Source of the DNA: Balanoglossus misakiensis
Lineage: Eukaryota; Animalia; Hemichordata
Length of the DNA: 64,000 nucleotides
NCBI GenBank assembly: GCA_040954595.2
Contig: CM082597.2
Span: forward strand, 1,996,422-2,060,421
Direction of reading: 5' to 3'
In this document: piece after piece, positions 1 through 13,400 of the stretch
Numbering within the stretch: position 1 is the stretch's first letter
Layout of the letters: each line of letters starts with the position of its first letter
Notes under the pieces: model-generated
What the model was told of the DNA's origin: nothing
Seen by the model: only the letters and a program-made list of their open reading frames with translations
Database searches by the model: none
Translations under genes and position numbers: made by a program

Positions 1-3000
1 CCTGCACTCGTATCAACCGACAGTCATTGCACCTTTCCTATACCCCTTTGTGAAAATCTCCCTGAACTCTGACCTCTGTAGAATCGCGCTTTCAAAAGTA
101 GAGTAGCCATTTGCAAAGGAGTTTTCCGAAAGCTACTATTATTCTTCACTTAACTCTAGCATTGAATTTTAATGAAGCACTTATTTCAAATCAAGCAGTG
201 TGTTTACATTTAGTGTTGGGATGATCCTGCCAAAATATAATTTCGTTGAAGGACACGTGTAAAGGCGCTAGTGGACACAGAGGCTGATTACTCAGTGGGC
301 CAGTCAGTCAGTCAGACAGAAAGACAGACAGACATACACTAAATGAAGAAAAATTGCGACCTGTGTTGGCGCCTATCCACTACAACACGAGATATTTGCC
401 ATGCCACTAAATTCGCGATTTCTGCTTTTGTACTTTTGGGTGAACAATATCACACAAAGATGGGCTTTGTTCTGCGATACTTTTCTCTTCCAGGGTCGAT
501 ATTAGCATATAAACGAATTACTGTCACTTTTTCATCTCCCGGATAAGTAGCATATATTTATTTTACAATTTGAACATAGAAAAAAAGTCGTGTTCATTTC
601 CACGGTGAAGTCAAGCGGCAGGGTTGTGTTTGACTGTGACATGAAACAGCGACGATAATTGTTTCCACTTTACGGCCGCGTCGGGAGTCACCGGTTTGCA
701 ACGACCATTTTCAATGGGGCCGCAACCGTTCAGAAGAACGCTAGACCTGACCACTTCACGCTAAATGGAAGAGGGATTCAATAAAACAATGTTGTTCTAG
801 CTAACTGCCTAATTCAATGGCATATTTTTGTAACAAAATTCTCCCTCGGTGATCGGCAGGGTCCGCTGTGGACACTTTTAAATCCCCCCTGAATCGGATC
901 AAATTTTACGCTATACTGCATAAATATATTATAAAAGCGACTGAGATCTAATTAAATTTAGAACGCAATGGGTACATCGCTTGATATATGTAAGCATTCC
1001 CCCGGGCCAGGATGGTAGGGCTCAGTTCTGCCTATTTTAATCGATGTCACATCGCAGACACCACACACCTATATAGTTTAATGCCCTGATTTATGGTTGC
1101 GCTAAACGCCATCGAAAAATTCAGATTTTCACCCATGTTTTCGGAAGTTTTCGTATTAAAATTTTCAACGTTTCTAGTGTCATTTGCTAGCTTTTAGCCA
1201 CTTTTTTACAAAATCCAAACCACGTGCACGTTTTGGACATTTTTTTCAAAACGAACAAAACTGGGCGCGCGCTCATCTTCCCGCGCAGAACGGTGTCGTC
1301 TGTTTCCGGGCCGTGCATGTGCACGTAGTAATTACGCGCCAAATATGGCGAATTCTCTGGTCGGTCGCAAAGCTGCAAATCACGCTGATTTGCATCGAGA
1401 CCCAGATGAGAGAACAAGGCATTGATTTATACATGATATAGGAAAATTAAAATCACAAAATGGAATTTGTTCGATGAAATAATACGACCAAATCTGGCGA
1501 TTCCTGCGTCCAAGGAGACATTTCGAACCGGAAGAATGTAAAATCACACTCTACATATATTGTCATTAATTAGCAAATTTTCAAATATTGGCTCATGAAA
1601 TCATTGCGAACTGATCGCCATTGAAAGGTCGGTAATAAATTGTGCAAACTGCGCCCGAAATGAGCCATTAATTTTCCCACGATTGAACAAACTTCGGGAG
1701 TTTAGTTAGCTCCTCATTTGCGTCTAGTTCGATGGCGATGTGGCGGTAAGCAAAGAGCGGGCATATTGACAGGCATGTAATTGATTGCCAAATTGAATTC
1801 AGGTCACGGCGGCGGTGACCCCTTATGATAACTTGTTCATTTAGCAGACACCGCACGACCGGTCGAAGAGTTCAGTCTGGATAAAAAAATTACCGTATTA
1901 TTTGAAATATGTTGACTTTTAGAATTATAGTCGCCATGGCGATTGTTTGGTGGGGTGAGAAACAGAGACTATGGCGGCCTAAGAAAGACAATTGATATGT
2001 TTTGCGTTACGTCATCTGACTGTTATTGAAATGCATGAGGAATTCTTATGTTGAAGTTTGTCTCGTTGACTACAGATGTCGTTAAAGATATTTTCCTTGA
2101 GCGTACACTTTGACGTTTTACGGTATTGTTGTACTGTTGAATTTTCTCACAGCCGAGGACCCCCTCCCCTCCCCCAAATCGCACACAAGGCTCGGACAAA
2201 AACCAGTCTGAGAGCATCGCATTACTCGCCTCGCTGATCAACTCCGAAGCGGAGTCTATCTTATCTCATGAAATTCAGAGAATATTACGGCAAAAAGAGC
2301 AAAACTAAGACAATATCCGTTCATTTCCTCCAGAATTGTCAGCAATATTAGGCTTTTCCTATCTGTAATTACAAAAGAACTGATTCCGAGTCGCCCGTCT
2401 TCCGCTCACTGTCTCTTTACCGAGAGCGTACAACGGCGGTGCCCTTTTGGATGTTTCTCTTAATAACCTATTAACCCGTTTAGTCAGCATCAAAGAGACA
2501 AGCCCCGATTTAGCTTTCGTCACTTTTTATTTAATTAGCCACTAAGAGGTGGTAATGTTACACTCTTCGTAGCTCTGGCTCAAATTTCCGCCAAGTATCA
2601 AACCATCTCTCGGTCCCCTAACTCCCCAGCTATGCCGCCACTTCGCCAAAATAATCTACCCGTTTTCACCTCGCGATCGCCTGTCGTAGTTTTTTTGGCC
2701 ATTATTACAATCTGATTCAAAACGCATTGGGAGTTAGAGTGCAGGAATGAAAACATGCCTTATTTGGTAGTGGGATTGAGTCTGGGTTTGGATGTGAATT
2801 TGTCGGCTCTAAGAACGGCACTAGGAATTCCCGCCAAAATGTCGTGTGGGACTTCTAGAGAAGAGTATGACGATGTTTGAAAATGACCACGATAAAAACA
2901 CACGAGAAATGCCACCGAGAAAAAACATACACACGGAGGCAAGAGTTCGAACCTAGAATGAATTCGCACGCTTATTATCAACGTCGGAAACACAGACGAC

Positions 3001-6000
3001 TTTGACAAAAGACCCCGTCACAGGAATCATACAGGTTGTTTATAAACACTAGCTTAGGGGGCACGGGTAAAATTGAAGGGATCCCCTTTCATGGCTAAGA
3101 TAATCAAATTATGCCTAAATGGAAGAACGGGGAAACATATTATGGATTTTCTTTCCTTATTTTTATTGGATTAAACACGATAGTGACCTTTGACATCTAT
3201 AGTGGTATCCTTCGAGCGATAAAAACTGTAAAAACCGTGGAGAAAGAAATGCGAAACAAAAAACGCACCTGTGTTTCAACTCAAAAAGAATCTCGCCTTT
3301 GGCGAGAATTTGGATTACGGTCAACAGACAAGATTCATGACCCTGTACCTTTAGATTCTCTTAATCCGGTCAAAAATCTGCTTTTTAAAAGCGGTATAAA
3401 ATGCAGTTATTTTAAGGTAAAGATTTATGCGCAAATTGCGTTTCTAATTGTACGGTTTATTGTGCTATTTTCATCGGTTATAATTAAAATATCTTGTTGA
3501 TGACTAACGGACACTACAGAACGGACTTGCAAGTTTATTTTTTCTAGAAGATGCAAACTGTAGGCCTGTAGCCTTAGTATCACAATTATCTCTGATAGCA
3601 GTCCAGAGTAAGTCGATCGTGTATCTGGCGTCATCGAGTGAGCACAATTTTCCTCTCTTTCCCGCGCAGACTACAATCTACTTTTTGTTTTGAAAATTCG
3701 CCTGTCGTCTGACAATTTTTGGCGGGCATTTTTGCTACATGCTTACATGCGCGCCAAAACTGGATAACTGCAGGGCAAAGGGTTCCCGTACGTCTGCAAT
3801 TATTTAAAATTTATCCACCATTGACTGAGCGAAATATCAGTACTGAATAAGAAATTCCCTTTCGTTCCGAAAGGCGGAAATTGTAGAGGACGAGAAAGAT
3901 TTAGACAGTAAAAGCCTGCCGGTCGTGAGCTCGACCTGCCATCCGACATGCCTGCATATCTCCTCTCAAGCAAACATCCAAAAATAAAGACTAAAACAAT
4001 TTGTAGTGAGTGTAACTAAACACTTTTGCTATTATGTTTTCTGCAATTGAATTTCTTCAGTGTATTTCCCCTGATCTATCTGACTTACACGGGGTCAAAA
4101 TAGAATTTCCCGTCTGTGCGCGCCAACACTATCGGCAACCCGGGCGCTCCGTGTTGGCTGTTCAGCATTACTTCCGCAAAGGCAAAAGGCAAGTCAGTCG
4201 TGATAATGGAAGGGGAAGCTGAAATAACCAGACTCGTGCGAATGAAAAACCATTCCATTCCATGAATGTTTAAACTTCATCGGTGGCTGGGAATATCAAA
4301 TAAACCACCACCGGATTTCTGTCAAGGGGAGGGGGGATAATTCAGATTCCAGATTTTCAACCTTACTAACTTATTTAAAAATTATTTAAAATTTGATTTC
4401 AAGACTGGATTTTAGAAATTATTTTCACCACACAAAACCGGAAAGACTACAATCACATTCAGGGGCTATAGTATTCCCGCCAAATTGAGTTCCTTGCAAA
4501 CGACACAACTTCAGTAGTTCAAGCTCCTCTTTGACTTCCCACACCTTTTTGACCCTACATACTGACGTCTCTCTCCAAAAATGAAACACGATTCGTGTTA
4601 TGTGCCAGAATTGACGCAATGCGCGCGAGTTTACAGAGGACGAATTAGGATCTTCTTTTGTGGCGGTAAATCGCCCGTGAGGCCTGACGAGACGACGAAC
4701 AAGCGACACGTCTCTCTCTCTGAAAAGGGGAAGAGAAAAGGTCACACTAATTTGACACAACTTGTATTGTGCTGCATGTCTTGGATACAACCCAAGTTGT
4801 AGCAATCCCCGCTAGTTTGACCTCCTTCGCTTCCATGAATGCCATTTTGATGAGATTTTATTAACTTTTTCCTGCGCCGTACAATGTCGCGCTAAACGCC
4901 GTCCAATCTTGGGTAATTTACTGTCATTTGTCGGCGCTAGTCTCTCTTCTCTTCTCAATGGCGTCCCTTCCCGTATTTTCTCTTTAGCCTGACCCCGACG
5001 TTTTTACCTAATTATCTTTTGTATTGACAACACGCCAGGTACTGCCACAATATTAGCTTTTAAGTGCTCTTCTGTGGACGGTGTCATTTTTCGCGATTTC
5101 ACGAGCGCCTGCTTCAGGCGTTTGCCTTCATTTGGGTGTTCTGACCCGTAATTTCTTGGCTTCTCGCCAAACGACAACGAAAACTTGGCGTCGCCAATAC
5201 AAAATGCTACAATTCGACAGAAAATTGGAAATTTCCCGGACATTTTCCGTTTACAAGCAAGAAAAAGGAAATCTACCCATACTTGGGGAAAATCAGGTGA
5301 CCAGCGCTGCCCATGTTTATATTTCCTGTGTGACGAAATTGGCAGACGACAATGCAGACAAGTTCGCGCCAAATTTTATGGCAAGATTTACTAATATTTA
5401 CATTTTGTGAATGCTACAAGTTATTAAAATTCGCCATCCTAGTGGGATATGTCTCACAACTAAATATCACTCGTACATTTATATATTTTTTCGAGAATCA
5501 ACAAACAACGTGTTATCAAAGAATATCCACCATTAAACTGAATGCATATAAATGGACAAGCATTTAAAAGTTTGAGAAAGCACATGACTACGATTCTTTC
5601 ACTCTAACAGTACCACACTTTCTTTTCGTCTTATAAGAAACTGGACTAAAAAAATAGATTAACCCAACGAACACGTATTGACTTGTAAAATTGTTACGAC
5701 TTGTATTATCCAATCAGCTGTGTCACTGGCCGCCATATTTGATCTCCAGAAACTCTTTCTGCAATTTCCTTTACCGTTTCCTGTTTCCACCGCTCACTTC
5801 GTTTCCCAACATTGTAAAAAGGACGAAGTTCATTAAGTCGCGAGAGGTTGCCATAACAACCAAAATCAGTCTTCATCAGCGGTGTTTAAACCCGATCTCT
5901 TAATAAACTCAACATTCGCCCTTTGCCGGCTCTCCTCACTTTTCCGTTTGGAGTGCGACACCGGCGAGATTTGTCGCTCTAATTTCCAGTTTCAACTCAG

Positions 6001-6346
6001 TCAACAGACTGCCTCTTTTTTATCTCTTGGCTGAGCTTTGCTTGCTCTTTTGACAACGCCTCCGCTGCTACAGACCTCTTCACTCAGAATAGCAAGTAAA
6101 TGTTCCATTCAAGCACGAGTCATTGAACGTATTGGCGGGAAGGGAGGTCAGAGACGCATCACAAAAAGGTTTCAGTGCGGTATTCAATTTTGTAACAGAG
6201 ACGTCAAAAATATTGGCGGTATCTTTTTTACTGTCACGTCAATTATTCGAGCACTGTGTCTAGTGACTTTGATCACGATTTTATGTGAGAGGGTAATACT
6301 GTAATAATATAGTACAATAAACGTCATCAACATTGCATGTATGTTT

Positions 6347-6420
6347 GAATGAATGAATGAACGAACGAACGACTGAATGAATGAATGAATGAATGAATGA
6401 ATGAATGAATGAATGAATGA
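6347..6420. repeat. (GAAT)n microsatellite, intronic
   Basis: gaatgaatgaatgaacgaacgaacgactgaatgaat... directly visible. Confidence 0.9.
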
Positions 6421-6622
6421 CTGTACGTATCTACTTATGATATCAAGAAAACTAGTTGACCGCATGTGGCAGTGTCCTAAACGATAGCTATTAGTCTGGG
6501 TAGCTTGGAGTTTCATGGAGAAGTTGCTAGATTTTATTTACAACAATTCGCTTTTGAATAGTTGTTGTTTTAAAATGAATGACCTGGTTTATGCTAATTA
6601 TTTTGTCCTTACTCTAATGCAG

Positions 6623-7140
6623 GGAGTGGGCAGATACAATTGTGGCAATTTCTGTTGGAATTGTTGTCAGACAGCAGCAACGCTCACTGCATCACGTGGG
6701 AGGGCACCAACGGAGAGTTCAAGCTGACTGACCCGGATGAAGTTGCCCGGCGATGGGGCGAACGGAAGAGCAAACCCAACATGAACTACGACAAACTGAG
6801 CCGGGCTCTGCGCTATTACTACGACAAGAACATTATGACCAAAGTGCACGGGAAACGGTACGCGTACAAGTACGACTTCGCAGGACTCGCGCAACAAATG
6901 CAAATGCACTCTGACCCCACAGCTTACAAGTACCAATCAGATTATTCGTACTTACCGGGTTATGGACATGCCCCTAAACTGAACTTCGTGGGAACGCCTA
7001 TCGCAAGCTCGTCCGCGGGCCTCTTTGCTTCACCGTCTTCATACTGGACCTCGCCCGCGGCGGCAAATATCTATCCGAGCAGTCACGTGCCACACCACCC
7101 AAGTCACATGTCGCCGCATATCGGATCATACTATGCCTAA
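6623..7140 (+). CDS. ERG: Terminal coding exon of an ERG/FLI1-subfamily ETS transcription factor (ETS domain + C-terminal tail); upstream exons presumably 5' of the window
   Basis: Acceptor ...ctctaatgcag|GG at 6622/6623 (phase 1) gives [17 protein letters not shown]...[42 protein letters not shown], the ERG/FLI/FEV ETS domain starting at the conserved exon boundary; ERG/FLI-type tail (YKYQSDYSY...SYWTSP...IYP...HIGSYYA) to TAA 7138-7140. ERG vs FLI1 orthology cannot be resolved from this exon. AATAAA at 8200-8205 is a candidate polyA signal. Confidence 0.93.
6640..6871 (+). repeat. Left arm of a 232-bp near-perfect inverted repeat (ETS box), partner 10710-10941
   Basis: Base-by-base comparison with the reverse complement of 10710-10941: identical except 6840 (C) vs 10741 (T on minus strand); 200 bp perfect run 6640-6839. 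Confidence 0.95.
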
Positions 7141-9339
7141 AAACAAGCAATATTTTAACTGATTAAACTTCTTACGACCTCTTGGACACTGAATAAGCTT
7201 ACTGCCGCATATGAGTGTGACATAGATGTTTTTTTTCGCAGTAAGAAGTGATACGGGAGTATGGGACTCCAACCCGTGACCAGCGGACAAAATCAAACGG
7301 GACCAGGAATCTGAGTGACCGGGCGGAATCGGTCATCATCGCCGCTAACTTGTAAACTATCTGGACGTACCTAGAAATCCCTAACCCTGGATTTCGTTGT
7401 TTTCATCACTCGCCGGCGGTTAAATCGTTGCAGTGTTTCATTCACACTGTCAACCTATATGAGCAATTAAGACGAACAACATTTAATATTATCAAAGAAG
7501 TACATATTAGTGTAATTTTTCCATTTCTCATAACATATGTGTTTTGAGAAAATCCCGTGTCGTTTTGTGCTAATTTATAAGTGAATGACTGAAAGACATT
7601 CATGTGTGTCGGTCTAGCAAATATATTTGTAGTTAAATATAAAACTTTATAACAATACATTAACAAATGGACCATCCAAACTTTGGAATAGTTTTTCCTA
7701 CTTTCCTTTCATTCTGTAAAATAATTCAAAACACCAACAATTTGTGCACTTTGTTTATTTCGGCCGTAAGTGTCATGGGCCAAAAACTTGAAAACTTCTC
7801 TTTCCTTGTAAATATACCCCGATTAGTCACGTGGTTTTGTGAACGTCTCAACGTGTGAATTCTCAGATCATCAAATGAAGTGTCAATGAACACGACACAT
7901 TTTAATGAACATGTGTATTACCAAATAGATAATTTCAGTCATTATCACTATGATCAACATATTATTACGTCATTGAGTTCCCGGATATAATCATTGACAT
8001 CTTTGCCTTGCAGAACATTGCATTTGACAAAGCTTGACCTATTTCAAAACGTCAGGTCATTTCAAAACTTCCTCTTATTAATGTATGTGTCCCTCGATAT
8101 GTGTAGATTCATTAAAAGTTCTAATTTTAAGCTTTAATTTAATTCACGAAAGTTTCATAGCTTATACTGATGTAATGTTTGTAATATTTATTTGTTGACA
8201 ATAAATTATTCAAATCTATTTGGGTTGTCGTTAATGAATATGATAGTTGATATTCTGGTTGCCGACGATGTACAGAGATATTTGTCTATAGAATTGTGTC
8301 TCTATTTTTCTGTTCTGTGGAAAAGTAGCCGTTTGAGACAGACAGGCAGACGACAAACGTAGACATCCGGGGGGAGAGGCGGGAAGCGTCGTCAGTTTCG
8401 AGAGAATATTGGTTACACTTGTTGGGAACTAGCCTCCACGCTAAATTAATGACAACCGCTTCTGTCTTTTGTTATGACTAGACTAAATTACATTACTGTG
8501 ATTCCCATGGGTAAGTCAAACACAAAACAAAAAGATTCCCCTAATTACCGGACATGTACTGTGAACAGTACATGTAAATAGGATCACCACACTTTTGTTT
8601 TGTAAGCCTGAAATAATTAGTTTGATCCGGGACCACCAACTGCACAGCGGGCGCGACAAACTATGGACGGTACTGAGTTATATTAATCATGGACGTGAAC
8701 ATTTTTTTCCGTCTGTCCCAGAGTAAAAATCCCAACCGCGTGTTAACAACATCAATTGCTACCTGCGCTATATTTTTCCTCGGTTTTTTGAAAAATAGTT
8801 GAACACTTTTTACAAGAATATAATTTCATGATAATTTTAATTGGTTTTAAAGGGCAGATAATTTTCTGTAAACGGTCGATAATTTGAATTGAATTGTTTG
8901 TGATATGAAAGACCACAATGCCAGTTACAATTGTGAGAGAGGGTGTTCATTTAACAGGGGCTAAAATTTAATAACCATGGGATTGTGCTCTTGTCAATAG
9001 GAGTGGCCACCAAGCATGACAAATGTCACGTTTCTATGATTAGAGTTTCAACAGTTCCCACAGGTATTAGTGGCCATTACGCCATATGTCGCTCTCGCGC
9101 CTAAAATATAGGTAGCATGAGACGGGCAATCTGATGAAGTGTTGCAATTTGGGGCGCCGACTTTTCTGTGACCTTTGCTGATCCTTGGCTGTTCTGTTCG
9201 CGAGAGGCGCCCCTGGGGACGCCCACACTTGTCTGGCGCGTACACCGAGAAAAACCAGGACAAAGGCAGAGAATGGAACAGCCAAATACAGCACATGGCT
9301 CTACATCTGATTTTAGCCAAATTTGAGAGAGTTATGTGT

Positions 9340-9616
9340 ACTCACTTGTTGGGCGATGTATTAGGCTTCAGAAGTCCTAGTTTCTTTGGATACTTCGTCA
9401 TGATGACCTGTGGGTTTTCATCTAGAAGTTCCAGTAGTAACCAACCATCCTCGCCGTGTTTTTCTGCTTCATTTTGGGAAACGAACGCGGGTCGCCTTCC
9501 GACACCATGCTTCCGTGGCGAAAATGGCGACACGAGTAGAGTGGCGCGTGCAAAATTGCGCAAGCACATGATGAAACACAACGCACCTGTGCGCGTTCTA
9601 ATCGTTCATTGGCTGA
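9340..9616 (-). mobile_element. Diverged copy 1 of an unclassified interspersed element (CCAAT box + ATG + short exon-like segment + GTGAGT donor)
   Basis: Colinear similarity to 24452-24756: + strand cgcacctgt..cgttct..ttcattggctga in both; minus strand ATGG..GTCGGA.G.CGACC..TTC...TGAA.CAGAAAA.CACG..GAG and both end AACAA|gtgagt. Transposon origin is inference. Confidence 0.5.
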
Positions 9617-10437
9617 TAGGAAAGCAGTGTATGCTCGGTGATTGGCTATGATCTACACTAGGTGTTGTTGTTGTGTTGCTGGATGAATAATAAAGGCCAG
9701 TGACCCTCGTGGCGTTCAAAATCTGAAAGAGTGCCCCATACGCATGAATTATGCTATACTTATAATAGCTCTGGACTGAGATATTATTCCCATAGTGATT
9801 AAACTCTAAGGAGAACATCCAAATACAAGTAGGCATATACGAGCAAGGCTGTCCACGTGTCTGTCTGTAAGGAAGGGGTGGGGAGAAATAGGAGGGGGGA
9901 ACTGAGGATGCTAGGATGGAAGGAAACGAACTGATTTTTTTCTTTCGTTTATTTTTTTCAGTACAATGCCTCATGAACGAAAACGAACACAAGAACTCGA
10001 TGATAATTTCCATTATGACATATGTTTTATTCCATTTCCAACATGGTGAACTTTTTATATTTAACCCGAATATATACAGTGACAATCCTCTGTAAAGTTA
10101 AACTTATAAAAAAACATGATTTTGTTCATGCAAAATAACATGGTTCAATGAACCTTTTGAATATCACCTCCTTTCAAAATTCAATGACTTGTGGTCATTT
10201 TGAAAATTAATCTGCAAACAACTTCTCCGATTTTCCCTTTTTTGACTGTCAAAAAAGTTGTCGGAAATCGCCAAAAGCGACGGATATATTTTCGAAAAAT
10301 TAACTTAGTTATTATTTAAATAGTCTGTCATAGGATCTCAAAGATGGTGAGGTTTCTTCTTCGACACCATCATACATTAGAAACTCGGTGCCGTTTCTCC
10401 TGAGTTTTAAGAAAAGTTTCTATTGGACCACAATGCC

Positions 10438-13400
10438 CTAGGAGTAGTAGGGACTGAGACGTGAAGAGACGTGGTTGGCTGGGTGGTGCGTCACATGACT
10501 GGTTGAGTAGATATTTCCTGCTGGTGGCGTCGACCAATAGGAATTCGGTGGGGCGAAGAGGGACGCGGAGGACGATGGGATAGCCGCTGTCATGAAGTTA
10601 AATTTGTGTCCGTGTCCATAGCCTGACAAGTAGGAAATGTCTGGCTGGTATTTGTAAGTGTTCGCCTCCGACTGCATTTGTACCTGTTGCGCCAATCCCG
10701 CAAAATCGAACTTGTACGCGTACCGTTTCCCGTGCACTTTAGTCATAATGTTCTTGTCGTAGTAATAGCGCAGAGCCCGGCTCAGTTTGTCGTAGTTCAT
10801 GTTGGGTTTGCTCTTCCGTTCGCCCCATCGCCGGGCAACTTCATCCGGGTCAGTCAGCTTGAACTCTCCGTTGGTGCCCTCCCACGTGATGCAGTGAGCG
10901 TTGCTGCTGTCTGACAACAATTCCAACAGAAATTGCCACAACTGTATTTGTCCACTTCCTGTAACAAGAAAATGATAACATAGAATTTAATTCTGTGAAA
11001 AAATCAGTTTATATATTGGTTGTATCTTAATATTCTTCGTGCAGGAACCTATGCCCTTCAATTTGCCCCAAAAATACACCGATTCTCGTCAAATTTCAAA
11101 GAATATGGCGCATACTTTTAAATCGGGATTTTGGGTAATATTAACACGATGGCAACATTTCGTCGTCTGCCACATTGTCAGCGATGGATTTCTCCGGTTT
11201 TCATGGTGTGTGTTTTCTCACTTGGACGTCCGCGAAATTCGATATCAATAAAGGGAAACTCGATGTGAACGAACCAACTTTTATCGTGATTACTAATTCC
11301 CCTTTTTCCAGAAGGGGGGCTTTCGAACTCCTCAAGGTACTTATAAAATGAACACATAAACTTCCGGTGCTTTCTTGTCACATTACGTTTGTAACAAAGA
11401 CCGCTATTCTACGGTTCTGTTTGCGGCAAGCATGACGCATATTACCCCGGGTACGGGAAGGCAGGGCCTCGTAGTTTGATCTCTGACATGTTACGGAACG
11501 ACCAATTGTGGATGAACTCCAAAAAGCAGGCGGCAGACAGACAATGTGTCATCAAAAACGACTAGGTCTGAAAGTCGGTTCAATATCCCCTCTGATGAGT
11601 CCTGATTTCTCGTTTTCCAACAAGGAACTCCCCTTGTTATGATTTGACATAGAAATCGTATTGACGCGATATGCGAGATATGAAATCTGGCTTATTAGCA
11701 TAAAGCTAGGGTATCCGCACTCTGACCCCCCGGAGGGAAAGATAATAGAAAAAGATGAATATTAGAAAGAAGCATGCGCGAACTGTTCACGATAATATGA
11801 CTGTTATGATTTCCAAACCGAATACTCCCCTTGATCGTCAAGAAATCACAATATCATGAGTAGGCCATACAGGTTTATAGTCTAGTTATACGTACAGCAG
11901 TTGTAAACATTAACATACGGTGTTGTTAGTGTGGAAAAGTAAATTAAGTTAAAAAGTCAAAAACCGGTTACAAAATGTATATCTACTATACTCATAAGGC
12001 GATTACTCGGCGTCAAAAATCAATACATGTAATAACTTTATAACACAATTAAAACTATCATTTTAACTATAGCTAGTTATTAATATTATTTTAACAAGGT
12101 TTCGTGATTTTATATTTAATAGTGGTGATTGATTTACAGCCATGAGAAACGGTAGAATAAACGGATGTGGCCAAACACGACCCCATTTACAGACATCGAC
12201 GTCAACTATTCGAAACGGGAATTAGGTTTCATTAAATGAACGGAAAACGTCCGGATATTTATGGTGTACGTCCAACTGATTCTCAATGGCCTGCTCTTTC
12301 ATCATCGCTACCAGCAAGCAGGGAGAATATCAGCCGCCTGAGCTTTGATGAATTCACTCGGCGCTGGCGGGAGTCGCTTGAGTTCCAGTCAGAATTTGAC
12401 GTGATTACGGCGTGTTTAACTGGCGTTTCCCGGTCGTACATCCGTTCGCCGCGTGACATCTCCGGTTACCCGCCTCTAAATTCTAATACAGTGGTACACA
12501 CGGCTGTGTGCCTGCCCTTCAAAATCATCAAGAGAAAATGAACACAGTCGACGAAACCGCACGCCCCTCTAAACATACACCTTTAGCATGCAGACATCAC
12601 TTTTATCATGTTTAGAAGCGTAGAGTTGTCAATATCTGACAGATTGTTAACAACCAAAATTTTCTTGTCTATTAACACGGTTACTAATCACGGTTATAAT
12701 AATATATATGCACTCAGATAATTTTATACTTTTCTTCTCTATACATTCAGACATGTTTTCGGAAATATTTCGTTTTCTGCAAATTATCTGTCTTACGAAA
12801 GTCTCTTTAAATTTATCTATTGACGGGAAAAATAATAGATTTATAGCGAGGAGGGGATCCCTACGGTTGCCAATAAATGTTAGAACAATACAAAGATTGA
12901 AATTATCGTATTATAATTATTTGGAAACGTAGATGCGTAAATTTGTGAAATGAACACGGGTATTGGTGATGAACTGTTGACCTAGCGTCTACTTTTGACG
13001 ACGAGATAAACCGCTGAGTGATCCGGGAGTGCACATTTACCTGGCTGGGGGCATTATGACGAGGCCGGGGTAGCGCGCGATGAGTGCGTGGCACGTATGT
13101 TGTCAATATGGAGAATGGCGGACCCATGAGTGGTGGTACGGCGACTCCAGTAATCAACTTCATCGCTAGGAAGCCGACATAATTGAACTTTATTACAGAG
13201 AAAATGGCACGGTATATCCGTAAATGAAGTTTTAATATCGCCGGCAGAGACCCCGCCGTTTTTCTATAACTATTGCCGTATAATTGATGAGTCGCGAATG
13301 TATTCAATGTTGCGTTCTGGCTGCTTCTCGCCAGCGCTCTCACAATGCGCGTGATTGCATTAGCGGGGGCTTTGTTCAGAAGTCGGTGCTCGACTTGACG

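Noticed and set aside
1-6622. Upstream exons of the + strand ETS gene and the short ORFs in this interval
   Set aside because: No DPYQ-type or other ERG-like small exon found; ORFs lack recognisable motifs, so treated as intron.
6667-10914. Near-identical antisense ORFs 6667-6936 (-) and 10678-10914
   Set aside because: They are simply the opposite-strand shadows of the two ETS boxes; no independent coding evidence.
6623-10958. Whole-exon assembly duplication as explanation for two ETS exons
   Set aside because: Tails, splice acceptors, UTRs and flanking codons are clearly different, so these are two real paralogs; only the central identity could be influenced by polishing.
11685-11722. ataaagctagg resembling miR-9-3p/miR-79 5' end
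   Set aside because: Match stops after ~10 nt and no TCTTTGGTTATCTAGC 5' arm or convincing hairpin is present.
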